64,000 nt of DNA from a virus: positions 32,001 through 96,000 of the IMG/VR virus record IMGVR_UViG_3300032236_001503; one strand, given 5' to 3'. Positions 19,385 through 27,857 of the stretch are shown piece by piece; position 1 is the first letter of the stretch, and each line of letters opens with the position of its first letter. The position numbers and the translations under genes were made by a program. The notes below the pieces were generated by a model. It was not told where the DNA came from, ran no database searches, and saw only the letters and a program-made list of their open reading frames with translations.

Positions 19385-20074
19385 TTATCCTGTAATAATA
19401 CCCATATCTTTTTCTATTCTCTTTAAATCACTTTCCGTTGCTCCGATAATATCACTGAGAAGACTTTCATCACCTCCGTACATATTACCATCTTCTCCTA
19501 TATAGAGTTCGCATATTTTAATTCTCTCATCTCTATTACCAAATACTTCAATCCATGCTGGTGAATCTTCCTTTGGAAAAATTCTACCATCTCCTTGATT
19601 ATAAGATTGACCAAATGCTTTGAAAATATTATCAATCTCCTCTCTGAAAACTTCATCAATTTCTCTGAATCCATCATTCTCAATTGGTACATCAGCAACT
19701 TTTGTTAATGGTGTGAAGAAAATGATATCATAAAGTTTCATGGTCTCTCTAACTAATATTCTTTGTTCATCTAAGAATTTATCAGAAACCACACCATTGA
19801 TATTAAGCCATGCGGAATATGCCAAGCAATCTAATACACATCTATCAGATATTACATTTTCCTTTGTTGAGTTTTGAATCGCCTGATCAGTAAGAAAATC
19901 CATGATAACTCTTTGTGTCTCCTCCGTTGCTTGCTTACTATGCGGAAGATTTTTTTCGATTAAGATGTCACGATATGTTTTTTCTGATGTTTCATACATT
20001 GACCACTTTTTAATAAAGTCCTTTACAAAGGTGGACTTACCCATATTGGTTGAACCTGAAATGCAAATTTTCAT
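19385..20074 (-). CDS. P-loop nucleotide kinase-like protein (AAA_28/NadR-type)
   Basis: Walker A GSTNMGKST, SDRCVLDCLAY, DGFR lid. Confidence 0.75.
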   Translation of the reverse strand: MKICISGSTNMGKSTFVKDFIKKWSMYETSEKTYRDILIEKNLPHSKQATEETQRVIMDFLTDQAIQNSTKENVISDRCVLDCLAYSAWLNINGVVSDKFLDEQRILVRETMKLYDIIFFTPLTKVADVPIENDGFREIDEVFREEIDNIFKAFGQSYNQGDGRIFPKEDSPAWIEVFGNRDERIKICELYIGEDGNMYGGDESLLSDIIGATESDLKRIEKDMGIITG

Positions 20075-20076
20075 AA

Positions 20077-20379
20077 TTACTTTGTAATAACCTCTTCTAG
20101 AACTTCGGGAAAGAACTTAACGATATCGGCGGTGTGTTCATCATGAAAAACTTCTTCGCCATTTTCATCAACTACTGGTGTGATGTTAATGTCATCTAAT
20201 AAAACATCTGGAAACATTGAGCGTATTTTTTTAGCAACATCGAACATTTCAAGTGCTTCTTCTTTATAAAAAGAACCAGATACATCACATGATGATGCAA
20301 ATAATAAGCTCTCTAAGATTGTTTTAACTTCTTCTCTTGATAGAGAATTTATGCTAAATGTTTCATTGATGTTTTTCAT
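20077..20379 (-). CDS. Hypothetical protein
   Basis: 100 aa ORF with its own promoter. Confidence 0.65.
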   Translation of the reverse strand: MKNINETFSINSLSREEVKTILESLLFASSCDVSGSFYKEEALEMFDVAKKIRSMFPDVLLDDINITPVVDENGEEVFHDEHTADIVKFFPEVLEEVITK

Positions 20380-20386
20380 TAATACT

Positions 20387-20414
20387 ATTTTAATAGTATT
20401 TGATGAAAAGTCAA
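20387..20414 (-). promoter_or_regulatory. Sigma70-like promoter TTGACT-N16-TAAAAT overlapped by a perfect 9-bp inverted repeat
   Basis: -10 ends 7 nt before ATG 20379; aatactatt-tt-aatagtatt at 20381-20400. Confidence 0.65.
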
Positions 20415-20415
20415 C

Positions 20416-20796
20416 TTATAATGTGGAATCAGAATCCTTTACCATTTTGTTAGTCTTATACTGATTAACAAATTCGGTTATATTATTTTCTAAATTTTCC
20501 TTATCACTTGTATCTAATAAATTTAAAAGTTGATTTGGATTACTGATACCACTGCTATTACTTGCAATAGAGTTTTTTAGTATATTAATTAAAGAAATGA
20601 TATTATCATTACTGACTAATTGCTGAGCAGAATCATTAGTTTCGGATGTTTCGATATTTTGAGCTTCAACTTCTGGTTGTTGCGTAGCTACATTAGGATC
20701 TTGATTGGCAACATTTGGATCTTGTGTTGGTGCAACTTGATCTGCTTCACTTAAAAGACCATTATATCTACTGATTAGATTTAAAAATTTACTCAT
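20416..20796 (-). CDS. Hypothetical late protein, possible internal head protein
   Basis: Starts MSKFLNLISRYNGLLSEA; QDPNVA tandem; TAAATA at 20804-20809. Confidence 0.65.
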   Translation of the reverse strand: MSKFLNLISRYNGLLSEADQVAPTQDPNVANQDPNVATQQPEVEAQNIETSETNDSAQQLVSNDNIISLINILKNSIASNSSGISNPNQLLNLLDTSDKENLENNITEFVNQYKTNKMVKDSDSTL

Positions 20797-20813
20797 ATTA
20801 GACTATTTATCCT

Positions 20814-21425
20814 TTATGCACAGCTTTCAACCAAATTTGCTTCAGCATCTCTTCTTTCAAGTAACCCATCTAAGCCTTGACCTTGCCAAATTCTTTTCAT
20901 ATTTCTTATCTGTTGAGCAATTCCTTTATAATCTTTTTTAGGAACTAAGTCTCTTATGTTTCTCATTTCTGTTCTACTTTCACCTTCTAATGAACCACCT
21001 CTATTAAAAACGAGTGATACTAATGCACCATATGCATTGTCACATAATTCCTCCGCATGCGGAAAAGTCTTTTCGGTGAGTTGTGCGAATTTGGGCCACG
21101 TTAATCGGTCGAATATATCAATTGCTTGATCATAACTAACTGTTATACCTAATGGTTTAACTTGCTCCACATATTCCTTCCCAAGTTGCCCAGTTTTACC
21201 TGAAGCTTGTTTAACTGCATCAAGTTGTTTTTGTGGTAAAAAATAAAATATTTTTTGTAACTCATTGGGATTATAATAACCACAATCAACACCAATGCCA
21301 AGGGTTAGTCCGCTGTGACCCCCGGGCCACGTAGGATGAGATAGAAATTTATCGTAATAAGATTTTCCACCACCAATTTCATATTCTAAAATTAAACTTA
21401 ATGCTTTTGGACTTGGTTGTTTCAT
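20814..21425 (-). CDS. Endolysin, lysozyme-fold (GH24/pesticin-like muramidase)
   Basis: ILEYEIGG, WPGGxSGxTxGIGxDxG, ALVSLVFNRG, GLxxRRxxEA. Confidence 0.85.
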   Translation of the reverse strand: MKQPSPKALSLILEYEIGGGKSYYDKFLSHPTWPGGHSGLTLGIGVDCGYYNPNELQKIFYFLPQKQLDAVKQASGKTGQLGKEYVEQVKPLGITVSYDQAIDIFDRLTWPKFAQLTEKTFPHAEELCDNAYGALVSLVFNRGGSLEGESRTEMRNIRDLVPKKDYKGIAQQIRNMKRIWQGQGLDGLLERRDAEANLVESCA

Positions 21426-21898
21426 AATTCAGTTATATTATAATCTTGTTCTTTTGCGTTATTTGTAAGAATTTCTTCAATAATATTTTCAGCTTTTTGT
21501 TCATTTGAATTTGAATTTAAAGTTTGGTCTACCGATTGTGCATCACCCGATACGCTTACACTTGATGAACTATTATATTTTAAATCAACTAATCCTTGCG
21601 CACCTAAATAAACAGATATAACAAGAGCAATTTGCTCCATGATTTTTGTAAAAATTGTAGCATAGGTTGTAATAACGATGTCATGATCTTTAGGAATTAC
21701 AAAAAGAATACCAACAGCAATAAAAAACATTGTGACAATTATAAGCAAAGAAGTCATAATGATAAAAAACTTCTTTGATGCCAAATGATTTGTTTGCTCC
21801 ATCTGTTTCTCGTATTCAGGTGGAGTATTGGGTGGTGCTTTTCCATTTGTAAGAAAAGCAGCAGCGGTTTGAGCTATTGTAACTATATGTTGCCACAT
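21422..21898 (-). CDS. Putative holin (two TM helices)
   Basis: SKKF followed by two hydrophobic stretches and YLGAQGLVD; ATGA overlap with endolysin; TAAGTA at 21904-21909. Confidence 0.6.
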   Translation of the reverse strand: MWQHIVTIAQTAAAFLTNGKAPPNTPPEYEKQMEQTNHLASKKFFIIMTSLLIIVTMFFIAVGILFVIPKDHDIVITTYATIFTKIMEQIALVISVYLGAQGLVDLKYNSSSSVSVSGDAQSVDQTLNSNSNEQKAENIIEEILTNNAKEQDYNITEL

Positions 21899-21919
21899 AT
21901 AGCTACTTATTCAAGTGGC

Positions 21920-22123
21920 TTAAACTAAAGTACCTAAAATAAATCCAACTATAAAACCAATTATTGCAGCCGTTTTAACTGGATGGGTTTTACCCCATGC
22001 ATAAAGAGCCGTTATAATGTTAAATGTTTCTTGTTTAACAATTGGTGCTTCTGTTTCAATTTTTGAAACATATTGATTAATATATTTTTCAGTTGATGAT
22101 ACTGTTTGCGTTAATGTTGTCAT
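21920..22123 (-). CDS. Small tail-anchored membrane protein (ElaB/DUF883-like C-terminus)
   Basis: WGKTHP followed by AAIIGFIVGFILG TM. Confidence 0.55.
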   Translation of the reverse strand: MTTLTQTVSSTEKYINQYVSKIETEAPIVKQETFNIITALYAWGKTHPVKTAAIIGFIVGFILGTLV

Positions 22124-22701
22124 AAGAAGAATAAACCATTTGCTTTAGCGTAGAAATAAAGTGCAATCAAAGCAAGAAGACTAACTATGATAACGTTTCT
22201 CCAAAGAATTGCTAAATCTTTTTTAACTAAAAGTTTTTCATCAGCATTCAACTTGTCGATAATTTTACTATTATTATTTTTAAGGGTTGCAATTTCCTTT
22301 GTTGTATTTTCTTTATCCTTTAAAAGATTTTTATTATCATTTGTCAATTGTTGCTTGGTAGCACGATCTTTTAATAAATCCTGATACTCATTAGAACCAA
22401 CAACTACAACCTTTGAACCTTGATATTGTTTTGGTACAAGAATAACTTCCGTTTTATCACCTTGTTTTGAGTTTTTAGCAACCGTACCAGCTTCATAGAC
22501 TGATGCAATCGGAATTCTATGTTTTGGTGGCTTTACAATTCGTGTTGCTTGATCAGAATAATAATAAGCAAGGTCAATTCTTCCTTTATTTACGGAATCA
22601 TTGGTAGCGTATGTGTTCTGACTCAACATTTCAGTCTGTTTTTCAGTATAAACAGTACATGAAGCTAATAATAGTGCTAAAAATACAAATAATTTTCTCA
22701 T
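22120..22701 (-). CDS. Unimolecular spanin (u-spanin)
   Basis: N-terminal lipoprotein signal MRKLFVFLALLLAS-C plus C-terminal TM helix; coiled-coil middle; within the lysis cassette. Confidence 0.7.
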   Translation of the reverse strand: MRKLFVFLALLLASCTVYTEKQTEMLSQNTYATNDSVNKGRIDLAYYYSDQATRIVKPPKHRIPIASVYEAGTVAKNSKQGDKTEVILVPKQYQGSKVVVVGSNEYQDLLKDRATKQQLTNDNKNLLKDKENTTKEIATLKNNNSKIIDKLNADEKLLVKKDLAILWRNVIIVSLLALIALYFYAKANGLFFL

Positions 22702-23144
22702 AATTCTACCATATTTAAATGATTCTTTTTATTTTTCAATAGATGTCCAAATAAATCCCATTTAAATGATTCTTTATCATATGTTCCTTTGGTTTTTAAA
22801 TGTAAATCACCAAAAATCTTTTTAACATCATCAGTTTGATATATTCTTTCTTTAGTTGGATCTAAAGTTAAAAGATCTGTAATCGTTGGATCAGTTTTAG
22901 TGAAATCATTAGCAAAAGAAGTTTCGAATAATTTTCCTTTATATTTGTCCGATACCCTGTTCTTAACTCGTTTGGTATAAGCTAAAAATTGACTATCCAG
23001 ATAACATCCCACATTAAAAACAAAACTAAAAAATAAATCTTCAATTTTATAAATTAATTTCTTAGAAATTTTTGGTTTATAGATCTTTCTATAAGAATCC
23101 ATTATTGCACCATCTTCTTTTGGTTGTGCATATATATTTCTCAT
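22698..23144 (-). CDS. Hypothetical late protein
   Basis: 148 aa; TAATTA at 23150-23155. Confidence 0.6.
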   Translation of the reverse strand: MRNIYAQPKEDGAIMDSYRKIYKPKISKKLIYKIEDLFFSFVFNVGCYLDSQFLAYTKRVKNRVSDKYKGKLFETSFANDFTKTDPTITDLLTLDPTKERIYQTDDVKKIFGDLHLKTKGTYDKESFKWDLFGHLLKNKKNHLNMVEL

Positions 23145-23155
23145 ATTTTTAATTA

Positions 23156-23452
23156 TTAATACAAATCCTTTGTCAAGTCTTCAGTATATGTTTTATAACT
23201 ATCATACCAATTTGGTGCATCTGGCTTCTTATACAAGACATCTTTTTCACAATAAGGTGTATTTGTATTGGTATTAGGTAAAGGTGTACCTTGATTACCT
23301 ACGCAATTTATAGGTGTACGTGACCATATTGGACTTTCTATACCTTTTGGTTTATTTCTTTCTTCTAGTGCTGAAGCTATTCTTTCTAAAGCATTAACGG
23401 TCTCATCTAATCTCATGCTGATCTTGTTTAGTAATTGTTTTTTCGTTTCCAT
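23156..23452 (-). CDS. Hypothetical protein
   Basis: 98 aa; own sigma70-like promoter. Confidence 0.6.
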   Translation of the reverse strand: METKKQLLNKISMRLDETVNALERIASALEERNKPKGIESPIWSRTPINCVGNQGTPLPNTNTNTPYCEKDVLYKKPDAPNWYDSYKTYTEDLTKDLY

Positions 23453-23458
23453 ATAAAA

Positions 23459-23486
23459 ACCTTAACCCATCTTTGCCAAAAGTCAA
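23459..23486 (-). promoter_or_regulatory. Sigma70-like promoter TTGACT-N16-TAAGGT
   Basis: -10 ends 6 nt before ATG 23452. Confidence 0.6.
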
Positions 23487-23499
23487 CTCTCGCCAAGAA

Positions 23500-23627
23500 A
23501 AATTATAAGTATTAGAGTATATTAAAGTACTTTAAGTATTTAAATTAATAATATAGTTAACTTAAAAGAACTATAAGAATTAAAAAGGATGACATCCTAT
23601 TTTACCCAATTGAGTGATACTTGTCAA
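23500..23627 (-). other. Candidate replication origin: promoter firing into an AT-rich iterated non-coding tract
   Basis: Longest intergenic gap in the window; TTGACA-N17-TAAAAT at 23599-23627; degenerate TAAGTA/TAAGAA repeats and palindrome ttaaagtactttaa at 23522-23535. Confidence 0.35.
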
Positions 23628-24111
23628 TAGGGTGTTTCAATCTTTTTTTAACTTTTGTTAAAAATTCTTCATCTTCTCCTGTAGGGATAACACAAGGAAT
23701 GTGGTTGAAAGTACCTTTAATGGACTGAAACATAGGGTTTTCACTTTCATGTTCAATAAAATTAGGTAATCTTTGCTTTAATTGTTTTTTAGCAATTTTT
23801 ATAAAATTCAAAGGTTCTTCAAAGTATGATGACCATACATTAAAATTTTTCTTTTGACTGTAAAAACATAAAATCCTACAATTTGACTTGCTGGCTTTAT
23901 CATTAATGCTAATTACAGCATCTGAAATCCATAGTTGAACGAATTCCTTGATTCTTAAATTTTTAGCTGATACTTTATTTTCTTTTATAAAACCCCATTC
24001 ATGGGCATAATCTACATAATCAGCTGCTAGTTCTTCAATGTAATCAAAAACATCAAAGATAAGAATGTTATCTTTAATATGGTAACAAAAATACTGTTTA
24101 GACGTTCTCAT
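23602..24111 (-). CDS. Hypothetical protein
   Basis: 169 aa ORF. Confidence 0.6.
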   Translation of the reverse strand: MRTSKQYFCYHIKDNILIFDVFDYIEELAADYVDYAHEWGFIKENKVSAKNLRIKEFVQLWISDAVISINDKASKSNCRILCFYSQKKNFNVWSSYFEEPLNFIKIAKKQLKQRLPNFIEHESENPMFQSIKGTFNHIPCVIPTGEDEEFLTKVKKRLKHPIDKYHSIG

Positions 24112-24643
24112 CCCTGTTAGATATTATAACATCTAATAGGATTTGTTCAACTAATTCTTGTGGTAAAGCAGTATTTGCATACTTTACACTTTCGTTGATA
24201 TCTTTATACTGCTTTTTAAGTCTTTCTTTAAGTTCAAAAGCTAAAACGTTCTGTTCTCTGGAGAGATTCTCGTATGATGGTGTTTGTTGAAGTTGTAATG
24301 CCTCCAGTAATGGTTCACCAGCATTTGCAATAATACCAGCTAGTCTCTTGTAAAAACGATTTAAAGGGGAAATTACAGGTGTATTCTTTAACTTTGAAAG
24401 ATTTTCATAAAGATAGCTTAAAATTGTTGATTTTTCAACCTGCTCCTTTACGTTTGCAAGAAATTCCGGTCCCTTGATATGGATTTTACCATAAGGATTA
24501 AATGGGCAACCTGATCCTGTTACCTTTGAACCACAAAAAATACACTTATTTGGTGCATCAAAGTGAACATGGGTTTTTGTTGGGCTATAAAGGCATGGTC
24601 TACCATAATATCTTGAGCCACAATATATGCATTTTGAATCCAT
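24098..24643 (-). CDS. Hypothetical protein with two CxxC..C..HxH/HxK metal-binding repeats
   Basis: KCIYCGS..CLYSPTKTHVH and KCIFCGS..CPFNPYGKIHIK; TAAATA at 24651-24656. Confidence 0.65.
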   Translation of the reverse strand: MDSKCIYCGSRYYGRPCLYSPTKTHVHFDAPNKCIFCGSKVTGSGCPFNPYGKIHIKGPEFLANVKEQVEKSTILSYLYENLSKLKNTPVISPLNRFYKRLAGIIANAGEPLLEALQLQQTPSYENLSREQNVLAFELKERLKKQYKDINESVKYANTALPQELVEQILLDVIISNRDENV

Positions 24644-24653
24644 TATCTAATAT

Positions 24654-25085
24654 TTAGTCTAAAATACCGAATTTTTCTAGCTCTTGTTTGGGTGCTTTAC
24701 CAATTCTCAGGTTCAAAATACCATTATAGTAGTCTTTTCGGAATAAAACATCCTTTTCCATCTGCTCTTTTGCTTCAAAGTAAGCTAATGCCCATTTTGA
24801 ATCACATGTTCTCAATATTTTAAAAATAAACTTATCCTTTCCGTATTTTTTAACATCTTCGATTAGTTCATTAGAAGAGCTTGTGTAGGATTTCCAATCC
24901 GATTCCTTGGAATCAATACGATTTCTAGTTTTGCCCTTTAATGGTTTTCTTTTAATACGAGAAAAACATTGCTTTTTACCAATATACTTTTTATTTGTAA
25001 CAGTATTGGTTATTTCGTATATAAAGCCGAAAGTTTCTTCTGTTAAATGAACAGATTCATTTAAAATCCAATGTCCAGTATCCAT
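24654..25085 (-). CDS. GIY-YIG family nuclease (Seg-like, conserved in T4-like phages)
   Basis: GFIYEITNxxTxKKYIGKK ... YTSSS ... E ... YYNG. Confidence 0.85.
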   Translation of the reverse strand: MDTGHWILNESVHLTEETFGFIYEITNTVTNKKYIGKKQCFSRIKRKPLKGKTRNRIDSKESDWKSYTSSSNELIEDVKKYGKDKFIFKILRTCDSKWALAYFEAKEQMEKDVLFRKDYYNGILNLRIGKAPKQELEKFGILD

Positions 25086-25324
25086 TATTTCTTTTTACGT
25101 TTAACTTTACGTTTACGTTTATTTGATTTAGTAATTAATTCTGGAAAATTTCTTTTTGTAACTCCACCTATACCTTGAGCTAAACGATTATCGTTAGGAT
25201 TCCAAACATTAGGACCACTAAATTGACTAGAAACGCCAGAAGAACTACCGAGTGCTCCACCATTTCCAGCAAAATTGCCCATTTCTAACAAAATATCCTT
25301 AATAATAATTTGCAATTTATTCAT
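25085..25324 (-). CDS. Small protein with basic C-terminus, possible head/DNA-binding protein
   Basis: MNKLQIIIKDILLE leader; KRKRKVKRKKK tail. Confidence 0.6.
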   Translation of the reverse strand: MNKLQIIIKDILLEMGNFAGNGGALGSSSGVSSQFSGPNVWNPNDNRLAQGIGGVTKRNFPELITKSNKRKRKVKRKKK

Positions 25325-25337
25325 AATATGTTATATT
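25310..25337 (+). promoter_or_regulatory. Sigma70-like promoter TTGCAA-N16-TATATT (TGn) for uvsY; strand-switch point
   Basis: 11 nt before ATG 25349; overlapping TAAATA(+)/TAAGTA(-) boxes at 25340-25349. Confidence 0.55.
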
Positions 25338-25348
25338 GATAAATACTT

Positions 25349-25747
25349 ATGGAGCTATTCGATAAATTTCAGCAAGAAATTAAAGAAGATACTAAGATTG
25401 ATCAATTAAATCTTATGGATCGCCAGTTAATGCTCCCTGCAATTAAACATAAATGGGTAGCTCGTTTAATTGAACAAAAAAGAAATAGAAACAATTTAGA
25501 AAAAAAGAAAAAGGTCTTAAGAGAAGAAGTTCTTAAGAAATTGGAAAGTGGTGGTATACCAACTGGCGTTCCAAAAGCATCCATTAAGGAAAAAGTTGAC
25601 GCATCCGATACCATTAAGAAAATAAACGAAGAAATAGATGATGTTAATCTTTTAATAGAATATCTTGAAAAGGTAGAAGGTATATTTCGTAGTATGACTT
25701 ATGATATTAAAAATATTACCGAAATATCCAAACTCGAAACCACATGA
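25349..25747 (+). CDS. uvsY: Recombination mediator UvsY
   Basis: 132 aa helical protein (D.KID..NL..P...KW...YLEK......YDIKN) directly upstream of UvsW. Confidence 0.8.
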   Translation: MELFDKFQQEIKEDTKIDQLNLMDRQLMLPAIKHKWVARLIEQKRNRNNLEKKKKVLREEVLKKLESGGIPTGVPKASIKEKVDASDTIKKINEEIDDVNLLIEYLEKVEGIFRSMTYDIKNITEISKLETT

Positions 25748-27168
25748 TCGAATTAACATTAACACCTAGCGAAAAACAAGGTCAGATTAATGCTGATCCA
25801 ACTACGCTTGCGTTAATTAGAGAAAAATTTTCAATTGCTAATCCAGCACACCGAAGAAATACAAGATTCGTTCCAGCAAGACTCTATGCAATAACACCTG
25901 CTGGAAAATTTGAAATAGGTATGTTAAAAGATATATGTGCTTATTGCGATTCAAAACAATATCTTTATAAAATAACTGAAAATTTAAAAAATAAATTTCA
26001 TGTAGGGTTTTTAGACCCAATAATTAAAAAATATTGTTTAACATATAGAGATCACCAAGATAAATCAATTAATCTTGCGGTAAAAAATGGAAGAGGCGTT
26101 ATATGTATTCCAACTGCTGGTGGTAAAACATTAATCATGTCAGGAATTATTGAAAGTATGAGACTTTCAATGTATAAGCCGAATGCAAAGGCACTCGTTT
26201 TGGTTCCAAATATTCAACTTGTTGAGCAAACTTCAAAGGACTTTGAGGAATATGGCATGGAAAAAGTAACTAAATGGTCAGGTGACAACATTCCTAACCC
26301 AGAAGCAACAACTATCGTTGCTGGAACGCAAATTTTATTAAGTGAAAAAACAGATTTATCAATTTTAAATGAAATTGATTTGTTACTTGTTGATGAAACT
26401 CATGGTTTAAGAAAAGGTAATGAAATTAATAAAGTTCTTCAACTTGTAAATACCAATTATAGGTTTGGATTTACTGGTACGATGCCGACATCATTAATTG
26501 ATCAATGGAACATCATCGGTAAGATCGGTCCCATCATATATCAGGAAAAAACCCAAGATTTAAAAGAAAAAAATTACGTTTCAGATTTTAAAATTTTTAT
26601 ATTAAACATTCTCCATAAAGACATACCCAAAATAGAACATAATCCACATAGACCAAGTGAAGCTTTTGAAAAAGAATTGGAATTTTTAACAAATAATGCA
26701 AGAAGAAATGAAATAATATGTAATCTTGCTTTAAAATTAAAAAATAACACCATTATAATGGCTGATAGAATTCAACATGGTGAAACATTAGAAAAAATGT
26801 TAAAGGATAAAAGCGGAGATGATAAATTAATTTATTTTATAAGAGGTTCTACAGAAATGGAAGATCGTGAGAGTATTAGAAAATTAATGGATGGTAGAGA
26901 TGATGTTATAGTCGTAGCAATATCAAAAATTTTCAGTACTGGTATCAATATACCTAATCTTCACAACATAATATTCGCTTCAGCAGGAAAAGCAAAAATA
27001 AAAATTATGCAGTCTATTGGTAGAGCACTCAGATTGCATCCCACAAAAACAATGGCTAATATTTTCGATATTTCCGATAATACAAAGTATGGCAAAAGAC
27101 ATATAGCCGAAAGAGAAGCATTATATTTAAATGAAAACTACAATTATGAAAAAACAAACATACAATAA
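25744..27168 (+). CDS. uvsW: UvsW SF2 RNA-DNA/DNA helicase
   Basis: PTAGGKT, DETH, GFTGT, FSTGINIPNL, QSIGRALR. Confidence 0.93.
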   Translation: MIELTLTPSEKQGQINADPTTLALIREKFSIANPAHRRNTRFVPARLYAITPAGKFEIGMLKDICAYCDSKQYLYKITENLKNKFHVGFLDPIIKKYCLTYRDHQDKSINLAVKNGRGVICIPTAGGKTLIMSGIIESMRLSMYKPNAKALVLVPNIQLVEQTSKDFEEYGMEKVTKWSGDNIPNPEATTIVAGTQILLSEKTDLSILNEIDLLLVDETHGLRKGNEINKVLQLVNTNYRFGFTGTMPTSLIDQWNIIGKIGPIIYQEKTQDLKEKNYVSDFKIFILNILHKDIPKIEHNPHRPSEAFEKELEFLTNNARRNEIICNLALKLKNNTIIMADRIQHGETLEKMLKDKSGDDKLIYFIRGSTEMEDRESIRKLMDGRDDVIVVAISKIFSTGINIPNLHNIIFASAGKAKIKIMQSIGRALRLHPTKTMANIFDISDNTKYGKRHIAEREALYLNENYNYEKTNIQ

Positions 27169-27826
27169 AAGAAAAAAGCGAATAAAGAAGGAAGATTCAT
27201 ATGATGATTTAATTTATCATGATGTTATAGATGAAGATCATGATTTAAGAGATGATCACGAAGAAGAATTAGCAATAAATGAAGATGAAATTGATTTGGT
27301 CGAAAATGCTTTAGATGATGAAGAATTATTGACTACTATTGTTTCAGTAGAAACGGTGGATGTTATTGTTAACGAAGATAAACCAAAGGGTAGACGTAAA
27401 GGAAATCCTGACAAAACGAAATTCTATGTAGATCCGAAGGAATTTGATCAAGAAATTATGAATTATTATAAATCAGGTAAAATGTCTAATAACTTGGCAG
27501 AAATGGTTAGTAAGATTTCTCATAAGTTAAGCTATGCTCCTAATTTCATCAATTATACATACAGAGAAGAAATGGTTGGTGATGGAGTTATAAGAATGAT
27601 GAAGGCATTAATGGCTAAAAAGTATAATCATGAGAAGGGAACAAATCCATTTAGTTATTTTACCAGAATTGCTTTCAATGCATTCAGAAACAGGATCAAA
27701 AAAGAGAAACATATGGCTGAAACTCATGAAAAATATCAAAATGAACTCATGATGATGTCTCAAAATTACAATGTTCTCATGAAAAACAATAATATCAGAA
27801 TCAATAAAGAAAGAGAAAGACATTGA
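27146..27826 (+). CDS. gp55: Late transcription sigma factor gp55 with acidic N-terminal extension
   Basis: YVD...LSYAPNFINYTYREEMVGDG...NPFSYFTRIAFNAFxxRIKKEK; start 27146 or 27131. Confidence 0.92.
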   Translation: MKKQTYNKRKKRIKKEDSYDDLIYHDVIDEDHDLRDDHEEELAINEDEIDLVENALDDEELLTTIVSVETVDVIVNEDKPKGRRKGNPDKTKFYVDPKEFDQEIMNYYKSGKMSNNLAEMVSKISHKLSYAPNFINYTYREEMVGDGVIRMMKALMAKKYNHEKGTNPFSYFTRIAFNAFRNRIKKEKHMAETHEKYQNELMMMSQNYNVLMKNNNIRINKERERH

Positions 27827-27850
27827 TATATTGTAAAAAACTGTTAGAGT
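27823..27850 (+). promoter_or_regulatory. Sigma70-like promoter TTGATA-N16-TAGAGT (TGn)
   Basis: 7 nt before gp47 ATG; probably drives the GT island. Confidence 0.6.
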
Positions 27851-27857
27851 AGTTGTA

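Noticed and set aside
24654-25085. GIY-YIG gene as a mobile intron or homing element
   Set aside because: It is a short single-domain ORF that does not interrupt a gene and has no flanking intron-like non-coding sequence; it resembles a conserved T4-like gene.
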